Source: Candidatus Iainarchaeum sp. (GTDB lineage Archaea > Iainarchaeota > Iainarchaeia > Iainarchaeales > CSSED10-239). Taken from it: a stretch of DNA of 11,511 nucleotides. The notes below the pieces were generated by a model. That model saw nothing but the letters and a program-made list of their open reading frames with translations, searched no databases and had not been told where the DNA came from. The first letter of the stretch is position 1. Each line of letters begins with the position of its first letter. The translations under genes and the position numbers were made by a program. Below, in pieces: positions 1-6,217 of the stretch. The stretch lies in NCBI GenBank assembly GCA_003559395.1, contig PWLL01000042.1:1-11511 (forward strand), read 5' to 3'.

Positions 1-26
1 CCTGTTGGCGCAATATTTAAACAAAA

Positions 27-257
27 TCAGCCCCCTAAGACCAGAACTCTATTAACTTCTTGCCAAACATTATTTAACCAATCCAGATATTTATCATATT
101 CTAGATTATCATCATGATGATCATAATTTTTACCAACATTATATGGAGGAGAAGTGATTATTAAATGAACAGAATTATTTGGAATTTTTTTAAGTATATC
201 TATTGCATCTCCGGTAATTATTTTATTTATAAAACTATTTACATACATTTTTTTCAA
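27..257 (-). CDS. DNA methyltransferase, N-terminal fragment (beta-class N4-cytosine/N6-adenine type). The frame is interrupted by an in-frame TGA at 27-29 and homologous sequence continues to the window edge, so this is a possible pseudogene or a read-through/split gene.
   Basis: The protein contains GDAIDILKKIPNNSVHLIITSPPYN, the catalytic motif IV ((S/D)PPY) preceded by the usual hydrophobic strand. It then has DKYLDWLNNVWQEVNRVLVLGG, the typical RVLKxGG segment. After the TGA, the same frame reads FCLNIAPTG (positions 26 to 1), which matches the expected GGxhxhNIg continuation. The start overlaps the 3' end of the upstream nuclease ORF. Confidence 0.75.
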   Translation of the reverse strand: MKKMYVNSFINKIITGDAIDILKKIPNNSVHLIITSPPYNVGKNYDHHDDNLEYDKYLDWLNNVWQEVNRVLVLGG

Positions 258-732
258 CCAATTTTAAAATATCTGTAAAAAGATCATCAATTTGTTTAAC
301 TTTTTTTGTTTTTTCAAAAACGTCTTTTGCAATATAAATACTATCTAACTCGTGTTCAAGAACAACTCTTGTTTTTCGAGGACCGTGTATTCCTTCAACA
401 GAATTTATTTCATCATCTTTATCTGGTGTGATCATAAAAACTTTAATGTGTTTTGTAATTGCATTTTGTGTGAGTTTTAATTTCCAGTATGTTGTTTCAA
501 AACCTCGTTCTCTAAAAGAATTTTTTACTGACAATATACAGTAAATCTTTATTTTTTCTTGATCTTTTTTATAAATAATAATGTCGGCGTCAGGTAAAAA
601 AGAATACTTTTTAAAATGAATTTCTAACATTCTTCTAACTAAATCTTTTTCTTCTGAAAGATTTCTTTTCTTAAGTTCTGAATCGCTAACAATATTTATG
701 TCTGTTTTTATAAATAAGTCTTTTAAACACAC
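235..732 (-). CDS. Candidate type II restriction endonuclease (PD-(D/E)XK-like, 165 aa), partner of the overlapping methyltransferase.
   Basis: LPDADIIIY followed about 20 residues later by ILSVKNSFRER fits a PD...SxK nuclease core with the Kx(S/T)xR(D/E)R signature seen in several type II REase families. The ORF overlaps the MTase start by 14-23 nt on the same strand. The only start at the 5' end of the ORF is GTG (730-732), immediately after an in-frame TAG. The next ATG is at codon 35. The family and recognition site cannot be assigned by eye. Confidence 0.5.
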   Translation of the reverse strand: MCLKDLFIKTDINIVSDSELKKRNLSEEKDLVRRMLEIHFKKYSFLPDADIIIYKKDQEKIKIYCILSVKNSFRERGFETTYWKLKLTQNAITKHIKVFMITPDKDDEINSVEGIHGPRKTRVVLEHELDSIYIAKDVFEKTKKVKQIDDLFTDILKLVEKNVCK

Positions 733-777
733 CTAAAAATATATACAATAACGTTATTAATTAATCTTTCGTCTATT

Positions 778-783
778 AAAAAA
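778..783 (-). terminator. Oligo-T tract (T6 on the minus strand) directly after the radA stop codon.
   Basis: The minus strand reads TAA TTTTTT. Archaeal intrinsic termination typically occurs at oligo-T runs. Confidence 0.4.
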
Positions 784-1848
784 TTAATCAACAATCCCGT
801 TATTTGTAACATTATAAACTGCTTCTCCATCAGGTAAAAACGGAGAGTCAACAAGCTTTGCAATTCTCTTTGAACCAGTTCCTTTTCTTAAATAAACTCT
901 TGTTTTTGAAGCATGCTTAACAACATTTCCACCAATCGCGTCTGTTGGATCTCCAAACAAGATGTCTGGTCTAGACATTACTTGGTTTGTAACAAAAACA
1001 ACGATGTTATAAAGCTCAGCAACTTTCTGTAAAAGCCTCATATGTGAATTTAGTTTTTGTTGTCTATCAGAAAGTTGTCCTCTTCCAACAAACTCAGAAC
1101 GAAACTGACTTGTTAAGGAATCAACAATAAATAATTTTATGTTTTTTTCTTTAATTATGTCTGCTGCTTTATCTGCAAGCAACATTTGATGGTTACTGTT
1201 GTATGCTCTTGCAACAAAAATGTTTTTCATAACTTTTTCAGCATCTAAGCCTTTATATTTTGCAATCTCTGCTATTCTTTCAGGTCTAAAAGAGTTCTCT
1301 GTATCTATATAAAGAACATTTCCATCTAAACCACCTTGAGCTTTAGGTAATTGAGACATAACACATAATTGAAAACACCATTGACTTTTACCAGATGCAA
1401 ACTTACCATATACTTCTGTAATTGATTGAGATTCTATGCCTCCACCTAAAACATCATCTAAAGTTTTTGCACCAGTAGATAACTTATTAATACTTTTTCT
1501 TCTTTCTAAAATCTTTTCTGCTGGTTCAAAACCCATCTCTAATGAATCTCTTGCAGCCTTTATTGCCTTTATAGCCGTCCCTTCACCTATACTTGCAACA
1601 GCAACAAGCTCCATTGGAGACGCCACAGCAATAGATTCTAAAGAATCGTATCCAGAACCAACTAACTTTTCAGCAGAAGTTGGACCAATACCAGGAAGAT
1701 CTGTAATCATCATCTTTGGTGCTTTTTTTTCTGGAGTTTCTAAAACCTCTTCTTCGTTTGTTTCTTCTGGAGTTTCTAAAACCTCTTCTTCGTTTGTTTC
1801 TTCTGAGGTTTCTAAAACTTCTTCTTCAATATTTTTTTCTTCTTTCAT
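784..1848 (-). CDS. radA: DNA repair and recombination protein RadA (archaeal RecA/Rad51 homologue) with an unusual acidic repeat extension at the N terminus.
   Basis: The HhH domain reads [54 protein letters not shown] linker with [17 protein letters not shown] follows. Walker A is GKFASGKSQ, Walker B is [10 protein letters not shown], and the C-terminal region reads [18 protein letters not shown]. The gene ends with TAA where RadA proteins normally end. Confidence 0.95.
   Translation of the reverse strand: MKEEKNIEEEVLETSEETNEEEVLETPEETNEEEVLETPEKKAPKMMITDLPGIGPTSAEKLVGSGYDSLESIAVASPMELVAVASIGEGTAIKAIKAARDSLEMGFEPAEKILERRKSINKLSTGAKTLDDVLGGGIESQSITEVYGKFASGKSQWCFQLCVMSQLPKAQGGLDGNVLYIDTENSFRPERIAEIAKYKGLDAEKVMKNIFVARAYNSNHQMLLADKAADIIKEKNIKLFIVDSLTSQFRSEFVGRGQLSDRQQKLNSHMRLLQKVAELYNIVVFVTNQVMSRPDILFGDPTDAIGGNVVKHASKTRVYLRKGTGSKRIAKLVDSPFLPDGEAVYNVTNNGIVD
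1729..1827 (-). repeat. Tandem 36-bp direct repeat, two perfect copies plus a diverged partial third copy, inside the 5' end of radA.
   Basis: The unit ttctggagtttctaaaacctcttcttcgtttgtttc occurs at 1729-1764 and identically at 1765-1800. An imperfect partial copy, ttctgaggtttctaaaacttcttcttc, lies at 1801-1827. On the minus strand it encodes repeated [12 protein letters not shown] units. Confidence 0.9.
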
Positions 1849-1858
1849 AAAAATAACA

Positions 1859-1864
1859 CACTCC
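1859..1864 (-). promoter_or_regulatory. Shine-Dalgarno-like GGAGTG upstream of the radA ATG.
   Basis: The minus strand reads aaaGGAGTGtgttatttttATG, with 10 nt between the motif and the ATG. Confidence 0.45.
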
Positions 1865-1887
1865 TTTCTTTTGAATAAATTTTTAGT

Positions 1888-1900
1888 TTATATATAAATA
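1888..1900 (-). promoter_or_regulatory. Candidate TATA box for radA.
   Basis: The minus strand reads tatttatatataaa about 45 nt upstream of the ATG. This would give a short leader that contains the SD-like site. Confidence 0.35.
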
Positions 1901-1983
1901 TTGTTTTTATAAAGGGTGTTCGTTTTGGAAGGGGTAGTGGCCAGTAGACCAAAACCTAAAAAAATACATAAACCTATAAAAAC

Positions 1984-2006
1984 CTAACTAATATATATAT
2001 AGTTAG
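1984..2006. repeat. Inverted repeat ctaacta / tagttag flanking an alternating AT tract, in the divergent radA / PEP-synthase-like intergenic region.
   Basis: Read directly from the sequence: ctaacta-atatatata-tagttag, with 7-bp perfect arms. Confidence 0.6.
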
Positions 2007-2046
2007 AAACCATCTTTTTTTAATAAGATTGTAAAAAAGAAAAACC

Positions 2047-3657
2047 ATGGATACAAAAAACATAATTTCATTTAAAAATTTAACAGGCCTTGATGAAAAA
2101 CTAGTTGGTAGAAAAGCAACAAGGATAGCAGAACTAGCAAACGCTAGAATACCTGTGCCTAGAGGGTTTGTAATAACCAACACAGCCTATTTTGATTTTT
2201 TACAAAAAAATAATCTTAAAGAAGAAATATACGAAATAATAAAAAACATAAACTTTAAAGACCCACTAGACTTTAAAGAAAAAACAGATATTATAAGACA
2301 TACAATATTTTCAGGAAAAATCACAGAAGACTTTAAAAACGAACTAGCAAAAGCATACGCAAAACTTGGAGAAAGATCTATTGGTTGGCTAAATAGTAAA
2401 AATAACGAATTTGTAGCAATCAGATCCTCTATAATCTCAACTGAAAAAAATAAAGAACTTGCAAAAGAAATAGAAGAAGAAGCAGGAAACCTAAATATTA
2501 AAGGACTAGATCTAATTATTGGGAATGTTAAAGAATGTTGGGCTAGTTTATTTTCAAAAGATGTTTTGTTGATGTTAAAAGATAAACAACTAAACATAAA
2601 TGATTTTAGTGTTGCAGTAATTGTACAACAAATGGTGATTGCAAAAACATCAGGAATACTGTTAACAAGCAAAAATCAAAACGAAAGAAACAATTGTGTT
2701 ATTGAAGCAGTTTATGGATTTGGTGGACGTTTATTACTTAAAGAAATGACACCCGATCATTATGAAATAAATAAAAAAGCAGGAACAATAATAAATAAAC
2801 AACCAGCAATACAAGAATGGCAATATGTTAGAGTTGTAGGAGCTACAAAAAAACAAGAACTTTCTAAAAAAGAAAAAGAGCAAGAAAAACTTGATAAGCT
2901 AGCACTAAAAGATCTAACAACCCTTGCAAAAAAAATAGAAACCTGCTTTGGAGTTCCACAAAAAATTGAATGGGTTATTAAAAAAAAAGATATATTTGTT
3001 CTAAATACAGAACCACTATATAAAAACAATATAAAAAAAGAAGAATATCAACAAAAAATAAGTGGATTTAAAAGCGATGTGCTTTTAAGAGGGGTTTCTG
3101 CATCTAATGGAATTGCAAATGGACTCGCTGTTGTTGTTAATAATAGTTCTGATCTTTTAAAGGTTACAGAAAACTCAATCATTGTTACAGAGATGACCAA
3201 TATAGAAATGAACAACTATATTAAAAAAGCAAGAGCAGTTGTAACAGATAAAGGAAGTGCAATCTGTCATGCAGCAGTTGTTTGTCAAAAACTTCATAAA
3301 CCTTGTGTGGTTAATACAAAAACAGCAAGTAAAGAAATAAATACAGGCGCAACTATACAAGTAAATGGAAACAAAGCAGAAGTCTGTAGTGTTGATGGTG
3401 TAAAGCTTGTGGATGTTGATTATAAGAAACTAAAATATGAAGCCTCTGAAGAAGAAGAAGAAGAAGAAAAACCTAAAAAAAAGAAAGTTTTGTTTTCTGA
3501 TATTTGTTATGAAGATATTAGTAACATAGAAAGTATAGAATTTCCAATAAATAAACTATTTACTGATAAAGAACTTGAAGATCTTATAAAGTTGGAAAAA
3601 AAAGAAATGATTGAAATTATTAAAAATAGAATTGTTGAGAATATAAAAAAAATTTAG
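2047..3657 (+). CDS. PEP-utilising-enzyme family protein (PEP synthase / pyruvate,water dikinase-like). It has the ATP-grasp nucleotide-binding domain and the phosphohistidine swivel domain but lacks the C-terminal PEP/pyruvate TIM-barrel domain.
   Basis: The N-terminal PPDK_N-type motifs are VGRKATRIAELANARIPVPRGFVIT, VAIRSS, CWASLFS, VAVIVQQMV..SGILLT, IEAVYGFG...TPDHYEI and QKIEWV. The swivel domain is GVSASNGIANGLAVVV...SIIVTEMTN...AVVTDKGSAICHAAVVCQKLHKPCVV, which contains the catalytic His. The protein ends after about 90 further residues, which include a poly-E/poly-K tract. Confidence 0.85.
   Translation: MDTKNIISFKNLTGLDEKLVGRKATRIAELANARIPVPRGFVITNTAYFDFLQKNNLKEEIYEIIKNINFKDPLDFKEKTDIIRHTIFSGKITEDFKNELAKAYAKLGERSIGWLNSKNNEFVAIRSSIISTEKNKELAKEIEEEAGNLNIKGLDLIIGNVKECWASLFSKDVLLMLKDKQLNINDFSVAVIVQQMVIAKTSGILLTSKNQNERNNCVIEAVYGFGGRLLLKEMTPDHYEINKKAGTIINKQPAIQEWQYVRVVGATKKQELSKKEKEQEKLDKLALKDLTTLAKKIETCFGVPQKIEWVIKKKDIFVLNTEPLYKNNIKKEEYQQKISGFKSDVLLRGVSASNGIANGLAVVVNNSSDLLKVTENSIIVTEMTNIEMNNYIKKARAVVTDKGSAICHAAVVCQKLHKPCVVNTKTASKEINTGATIQVNGNKAEVCSVDGVKLVDVDYKKLKYEASEEEEEEEKPKKKKVLFSDICYEDISNIESIEFPINKLFTDKELEDLIKLEKKEMIEIIKNRIVENIKKI
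3448..3468 (+). repeat. (GAA)7 trinucleotide microsatellite inside the PEP-synthase-like CDS, encoding E7.
   Basis: Seven consecutive gaa codons, followed by aaa cct aaa aaa aag aaa (KPKKKK). Confidence 0.9.
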
Positions 3658-3664
3658 TTTTTTT
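3658..3664 (+). terminator. Oligo-T (T7) immediately after the TAG stop of the PEP-synthase-like gene.
   Basis: The sequence reads tag ttttttt aat. Confidence 0.45.
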
Positions 3665-3846
3665 AATAAAAATAGAAATATAAGCGTATTCTAGAAAAAA
3701 GAAAAAAAACTAAAAAAGAATTAAAACCTAGATCAAAATTCCCAAATAACTTTTTTACCTTTCACTAGAATACAATAAATATTAAATCCCGAAATAAATA
3801 AAAACCTATCGTTTTTTTGTTTTTCGGTTTAATTCACAAAACCTAT

Positions 3847-3860
3847 AAAAAATAAGAAAA
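3847..3860 (-). terminator. T-rich tracts (T4 and T6 on the minus strand) just downstream of the tRNA-Cys 3' end.
   Basis: After the tRNA discriminator base the minus strand reads t a tttt c tt a tttttt. Confidence 0.4.
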
Positions 3861-3862
3861 TA

Positions 3863-3933
3863 AGCCGAGGCAGGGAGTCGAACCCCGTTCTTCCGCTCTG
3901 CAGGCGGATGCATAACCGGTCTGCCACCTCGGC
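3863..3933 (-). tRNA. tRNA-Cys (anticodon GCA), 70 nt plus discriminator U73, with no encoded CCA and no intron.
   Basis: The cloverleaf was folded manually from the reverse complement. Acceptor stem is GCCGAGG/CCTCGGC (7 bp). D arm is GCAG-ACCGGTT-ATGC. Anticodon arm is TCCGC-CTGCAGA-GCGGA, with U33, GCA and G37. The variable loop is AGAA. T arm is CGGGG-TTCGACT-CCCTG. The discriminator T matches the U73 identity element of tRNA-Cys. Confidence 0.9.
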
Positions 3934-3946
3934 AAAACCTACCATC

Positions 3947-3964
3947 TATATTTATTATAGGTAA
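3947..3964 (-). promoter_or_regulatory. Candidate BRE/TATA promoter for tRNA-Cys.
   Basis: The minus strand reads ttacctataataaatata, with the TATAATAA element ending about 18 nt before the first tRNA nucleotide. That places it roughly where archaeal TATA boxes are centred relative to the transcription start. Confidence 0.45.
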
Positions 3965-3993
3965 CTAAAACTTAAAAAAGGAATTGGTTTTAC

Positions 3994-4008
3994 AAAAACA
4001 TTTATAAC
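3994..4008 (+). promoter_or_regulatory. Candidate BRE/TATA (aaaaacatttataac) for the mre11-like gene, implying a leaderless or near-leaderless mRNA.
   Basis: The tttataa element is centred about 27 nt upstream of the ATG at 4031, and there is no SD-like motif in between. Confidence 0.35.
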
Positions 4009-4030
4009 AACAAACAAACAATAAATATTT

Positions 4031-5227
4031 ATGAAAATAATAATCTTTAGTGATTGGCATCTTGGATATAAATGGAAAACAGAATATGAAATGGATTCTT
4101 ATTTACATCTTGATCAAGCCTTTAAACAAATACAAGAAAAAGATGTAGATTTGGTAATTTGTTGTGGAGATTTGTTTGATGTAAAAGATCCTTCCTTAGA
4201 CGAAATATACGAAGCCATAAAACTACTAAACAAAGTAGAAATAAAAAACAAAATAAATCTTAAACAAAAAGAAAGAATCTTAAAAATACCAATGATAACC
4301 ATTATTGGAAATCATGAAACAAAAGGAAAAGACCATAAATGTCCTGCACAACTTCTAGAAGAAATGGGTTTTTTAAAACTATTACATTGTGATCACGTAT
4401 CTTTTGATCTAGAAAAAATAAGTATCTTTGGAATGAGTGGAATACCAGACAAATATGCAAAAGACGTTCTTGAGAAATGGAAGCCAACACCCAAAGAAGA
4501 ACACTATAATATGCTTTTACTACATCAGACAATAAAAGAATACGTGCCAGTAGAAGACGACATGATAGCAACAATTTCCTTAGCAAACCTTCCAAAAGGA
4601 TTTGATGTAATTGCAAACGGACACCTTCATTGGTCAACAAAAGAAAAAATTAATGAAAAAACAACTTTTTTGTTGCCTGGTTCAACAATTGCCACACAAT
4701 TAAAAAAAATAGAAACAGAACAAAAAAAAGGTTTTTTTATTATAGATACAAAAACTAAAGAAATTACTTTTGAAACAATAAAAAACACAAGACCTTTTTT
4801 TAATGAAAATATTTCTTTTAAAGAAACAACTATTAAAAAAGTAGAAGAAAAAATAAAAGAAACGATTGAAAATATTCTTGCAAAAGACCTACCTAAAAAA
4901 CCACTTATAAGAATCATATTAAAAGGAACTTTAGAAGACAAAGAAACAATAAAAGAACTAGATCTTAACCTTATTGAAAAAAACTACCCAGGAACCTATC
5001 TTTCTTTTGGAAATAAACTACAAGAAAAAACAATAAAAGAAAATATAAAAAAACTAAGAGAACTAAAATCACAAAATAAAGACGTTTCTGAAATTTCAAA
5101 AGAACTTTTTTTAGATCTTATTAGTAAAGTTAAAAAAGATGACTTTGATTATGAAAGACTATTTGATATCTTAAGAAACAAAGATCTTAAAAAAGCAAAA
5201 GAACTAGTTTATGAGAAAATAGAATAG
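4031..5227 (+). CDS. mre11: DNA double-strand break repair nuclease Mre11 / SbcD-type metallophosphoesterase.
   Basis: All calcineurin-like phosphoesterase motifs occur in order: FSDWHLG, CCGDLFD, IIGNHE, LLLHQT, ANGHLH. The C-terminal third is Lys/Glu-rich. Confidence 0.85.
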   Translation: MKIIIFSDWHLGYKWKTEYEMDSYLHLDQAFKQIQEKDVDLVICCGDLFDVKDPSLDEIYEAIKLLNKVEIKNKINLKQKERILKIPMITIIGNHETKGKDHKCPAQLLEEMGFLKLLHCDHVSFDLEKISIFGMSGIPDKYAKDVLEKWKPTPKEEHYNMLLLHQTIKEYVPVEDDMIATISLANLPKGFDVIANGHLHWSTKEKINEKTTFLLPGSTIATQLKKIETEQKKGFFIIDTKTKEITFETIKNTRPFFNENISFKETTIKKVEEKIKETIENILAKDLPKKPLIRIILKGTLEDKETIKELDLNLIEKNYPGTYLSFGNKLQEKTIKENIKKLRELKSQNKDVSEISKELFLDLISKVKKDDFDYERLFDILRNKDLKKAKELVYEKIE

Positions 5228-5343
5228 AAGTTTGGAGTTGTTGGAAATCATTTATAGACACACACTAAAAAAAGAAACATAAAACCTTTATAAACCATTC
5301 AAATATAAATATAATTTTGAAAAGTTTTCCAAAAACGTTTGTT

Positions 5344-5353
5344 TTTAAATATT
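5344..5353 (+). promoter_or_regulatory. Candidate TATA box (tttaaatatt) for the arsR-like / Fe-S operon.
   Basis: It is centred about 25 nt upstream of the ATG at 5373. Small palindromes lie immediately upstream: gaaaagttttc at 5319-5329, aaacgttt at 5333-5340, and aaaaac/gttttt at 5331-5346. Confidence 0.35.
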
Positions 5354-5372
5354 TTTGATATATAAGGTATAT

Positions 5373-5669
5373 ATGAAATGCACGTCATATTTCTTTAACG
5401 TCATATCCAATAAAACAAGATGGAAAATAATTCTCTCACTCTACGAAAAAGACAGATACGTAAAAGAAATCTGTGAAGATGTTAAAGAAGAACAATCAAA
5501 AGTAAGTCATAATCTAAAAATACTATATGACTGTAGTTTTGTTTTTTATAAAAAGAAAGGTACGAAAAAAACATACTATCTTAATAAAAAAACAGTAAAA
5601 CCTTTATTAGACATCGTACAAAAACACATGAGCGCTTTTTGTAAAAAAGAATGTAAGAAAAGGTGTTGA
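5373..5669 (+). CDS. ArsR/SmtB-family winged-helix transcriptional regulator with a Cys-rich C-terminal tail.
   Basis: FFNVISNKTRWKIILSLYEKDRYVKEICEDVKEEQSKVSHNLKILYDCSFVFYKKKGTKKTYYL matches the ArsR HTH pattern (LsdptRlrIL...V.el...l..sqs.vShHLk.L...g.v...k.G.......Y.l). The tail is FCKKECKKRC. I prefer the ATG at 5373 over the TTG at 5355 given in the ORF track. Confidence 0.8.
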   Translation: MKCTSYFFNVISNKTRWKIILSLYEKDRYVKEICEDVKEEQSKVSHNLKILYDCSFVFYKKKGTKKTYYLNKKTVKPLLDIVQKHMSAFCKKECKKRC

Positions 5670-5671
5670 AG

Positions 5672-6217
5672 ATGAACATATTTAATTTAAAAAATAATTA
5701 TTTGTATAAAAATATTTTTAAACAAACAGAATTTCTTGTATATTGTTTGTTATCCTTTTTTGTTCCTTTTCTTATTGGACATCCACAAATACTGATTGGA
5801 AGTTTAGTAAATTTCTTCTTAATAAGAACTGCACAATATTTTGATGCCAAATATGTATTAGCAATTGTGTTTTTGCCATCACTAGGAGTATATTCTACAG
5901 GAATATTGTTTAGTAACCTTACAACACATCTTTTATATTTTATACCATTTATTTGGATATCAAATCTTTTATTTATATACATATATAAACAAGAAGTAAT
6001 CTTCAAAAAAAACAACCCATACCTATCAAGTATAAAAACCTCTTTTGCAAAAGCAGGTTTGTTATTTTTGGTAGCCGTTATTTTTGTGTTTGCTTTTAAT
6101 TTTTCACAAATATTTTTGTTAACAATGGGAGTTATTCAACTAATAACAGCAATCATTGGATCTTTTTTATCAAGTGCAATTTATGTTTTAGAAAATAAAA
6201 ATGTGAAGAAAATATGA
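5672..6217 (+). CDS. Integral membrane protein of unknown function (about 6 predicted TM helices) encoded inside the Fe-S operon.
   Basis: There are six hydrophobic stretches of about 17-25 residues. AGGTG lies 6 nt upstream of the ATG at 5672, overlapping the end of the arsR-like gene. The TGA stop overlaps the nifS ATG (ATGA). No motif I can assign to a named family. Confidence 0.65.
   Translation: MNIFNLKNNYLYKNIFKQTEFLVYCLLSFFVPFLIGHPQILIGSLVNFFLIRTAQYFDAKYVLAIVFLPSLGVYSTGILFSNLTTHLLYFIPFIWISNLLFIYIYKQEVIFKKNNPYLSSIKTSFAKAGLLFLVAVIFVFAFNFSQIFLLTMGVIQLITAIIGSFLSSAIYVLENKNVKKI

Noticed and set aside
1436-1897. A 153-aa plus-strand ORF antisense to radA. Similar long antisense or alternative-frame ORFs occur at 1974-2183, 2187-2672, 2760-3029, 3175-3360, 4114-4941, 5698-6015, 6321-6724, 6882-7085, 7290-7484, 7845-8048, 8315-8582, 9525-9749, 10690-10921 and 11153-11356.
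   Set aside because: Each lies entirely inside or opposite a gene with strong motif-level homology. Their products are low-complexity (Ser/Phe/Leu/Ile-rich), as expected for the complement of purine-rich, AT-rich coding strands. None has a recognisable motif or translation signal.
2981-2989. A9 homopolymer runs inside coding regions, in the PEP-synthase-like gene at 2981-2989 and near the fic start at about 7815-7823, considered as phase-variation switches.
   Set aside because: Poly-A runs encoding Lys-Lys-Lys are ubiquitous in this Lys-rich, AT-rich coding sequence. Both genes are in frame. Nothing distinguishes these runs from the background.
3686-3773. A perfect 9-bp inverted repeat, gtattctag (3686-3694) / ctagaatac (3765-3773), in the gene-free spacer downstream of tRNA-Cys, considered as the termini of a miniature inverted-repeat element or an att remnant.
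   Set aside because: A 9-bp inverted repeat within about 100 nt is expected by chance a few times in an AT-rich window of this size. I see no flanking target-site duplication, no second copy of the element, and no repeat of the tRNA 3' end in the window.
3819-3838. A shared gtttttcgg..ttaa.t.ca segment between 3819-3838 and 7781-7800, both intergenic, considered as a conserved regulatory or sRNA motif.
   Set aside because: Only 9 nt are identical, and the flanks need an indel to align. Exact 9-mer repeats are expected in large numbers by chance in 11.5 kb of biased composition.
3864-3933. A plus-strand tRNA reading of the same locus, or a split or intron-containing tRNA.
   Set aside because: On the plus strand the anticodon loop would lack U33 and there is no TTCGA T-loop. 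The minus-strand fold is a complete 70-nt cloverleaf with no bulge-helix-bulge insert, so no split or intron model is needed.
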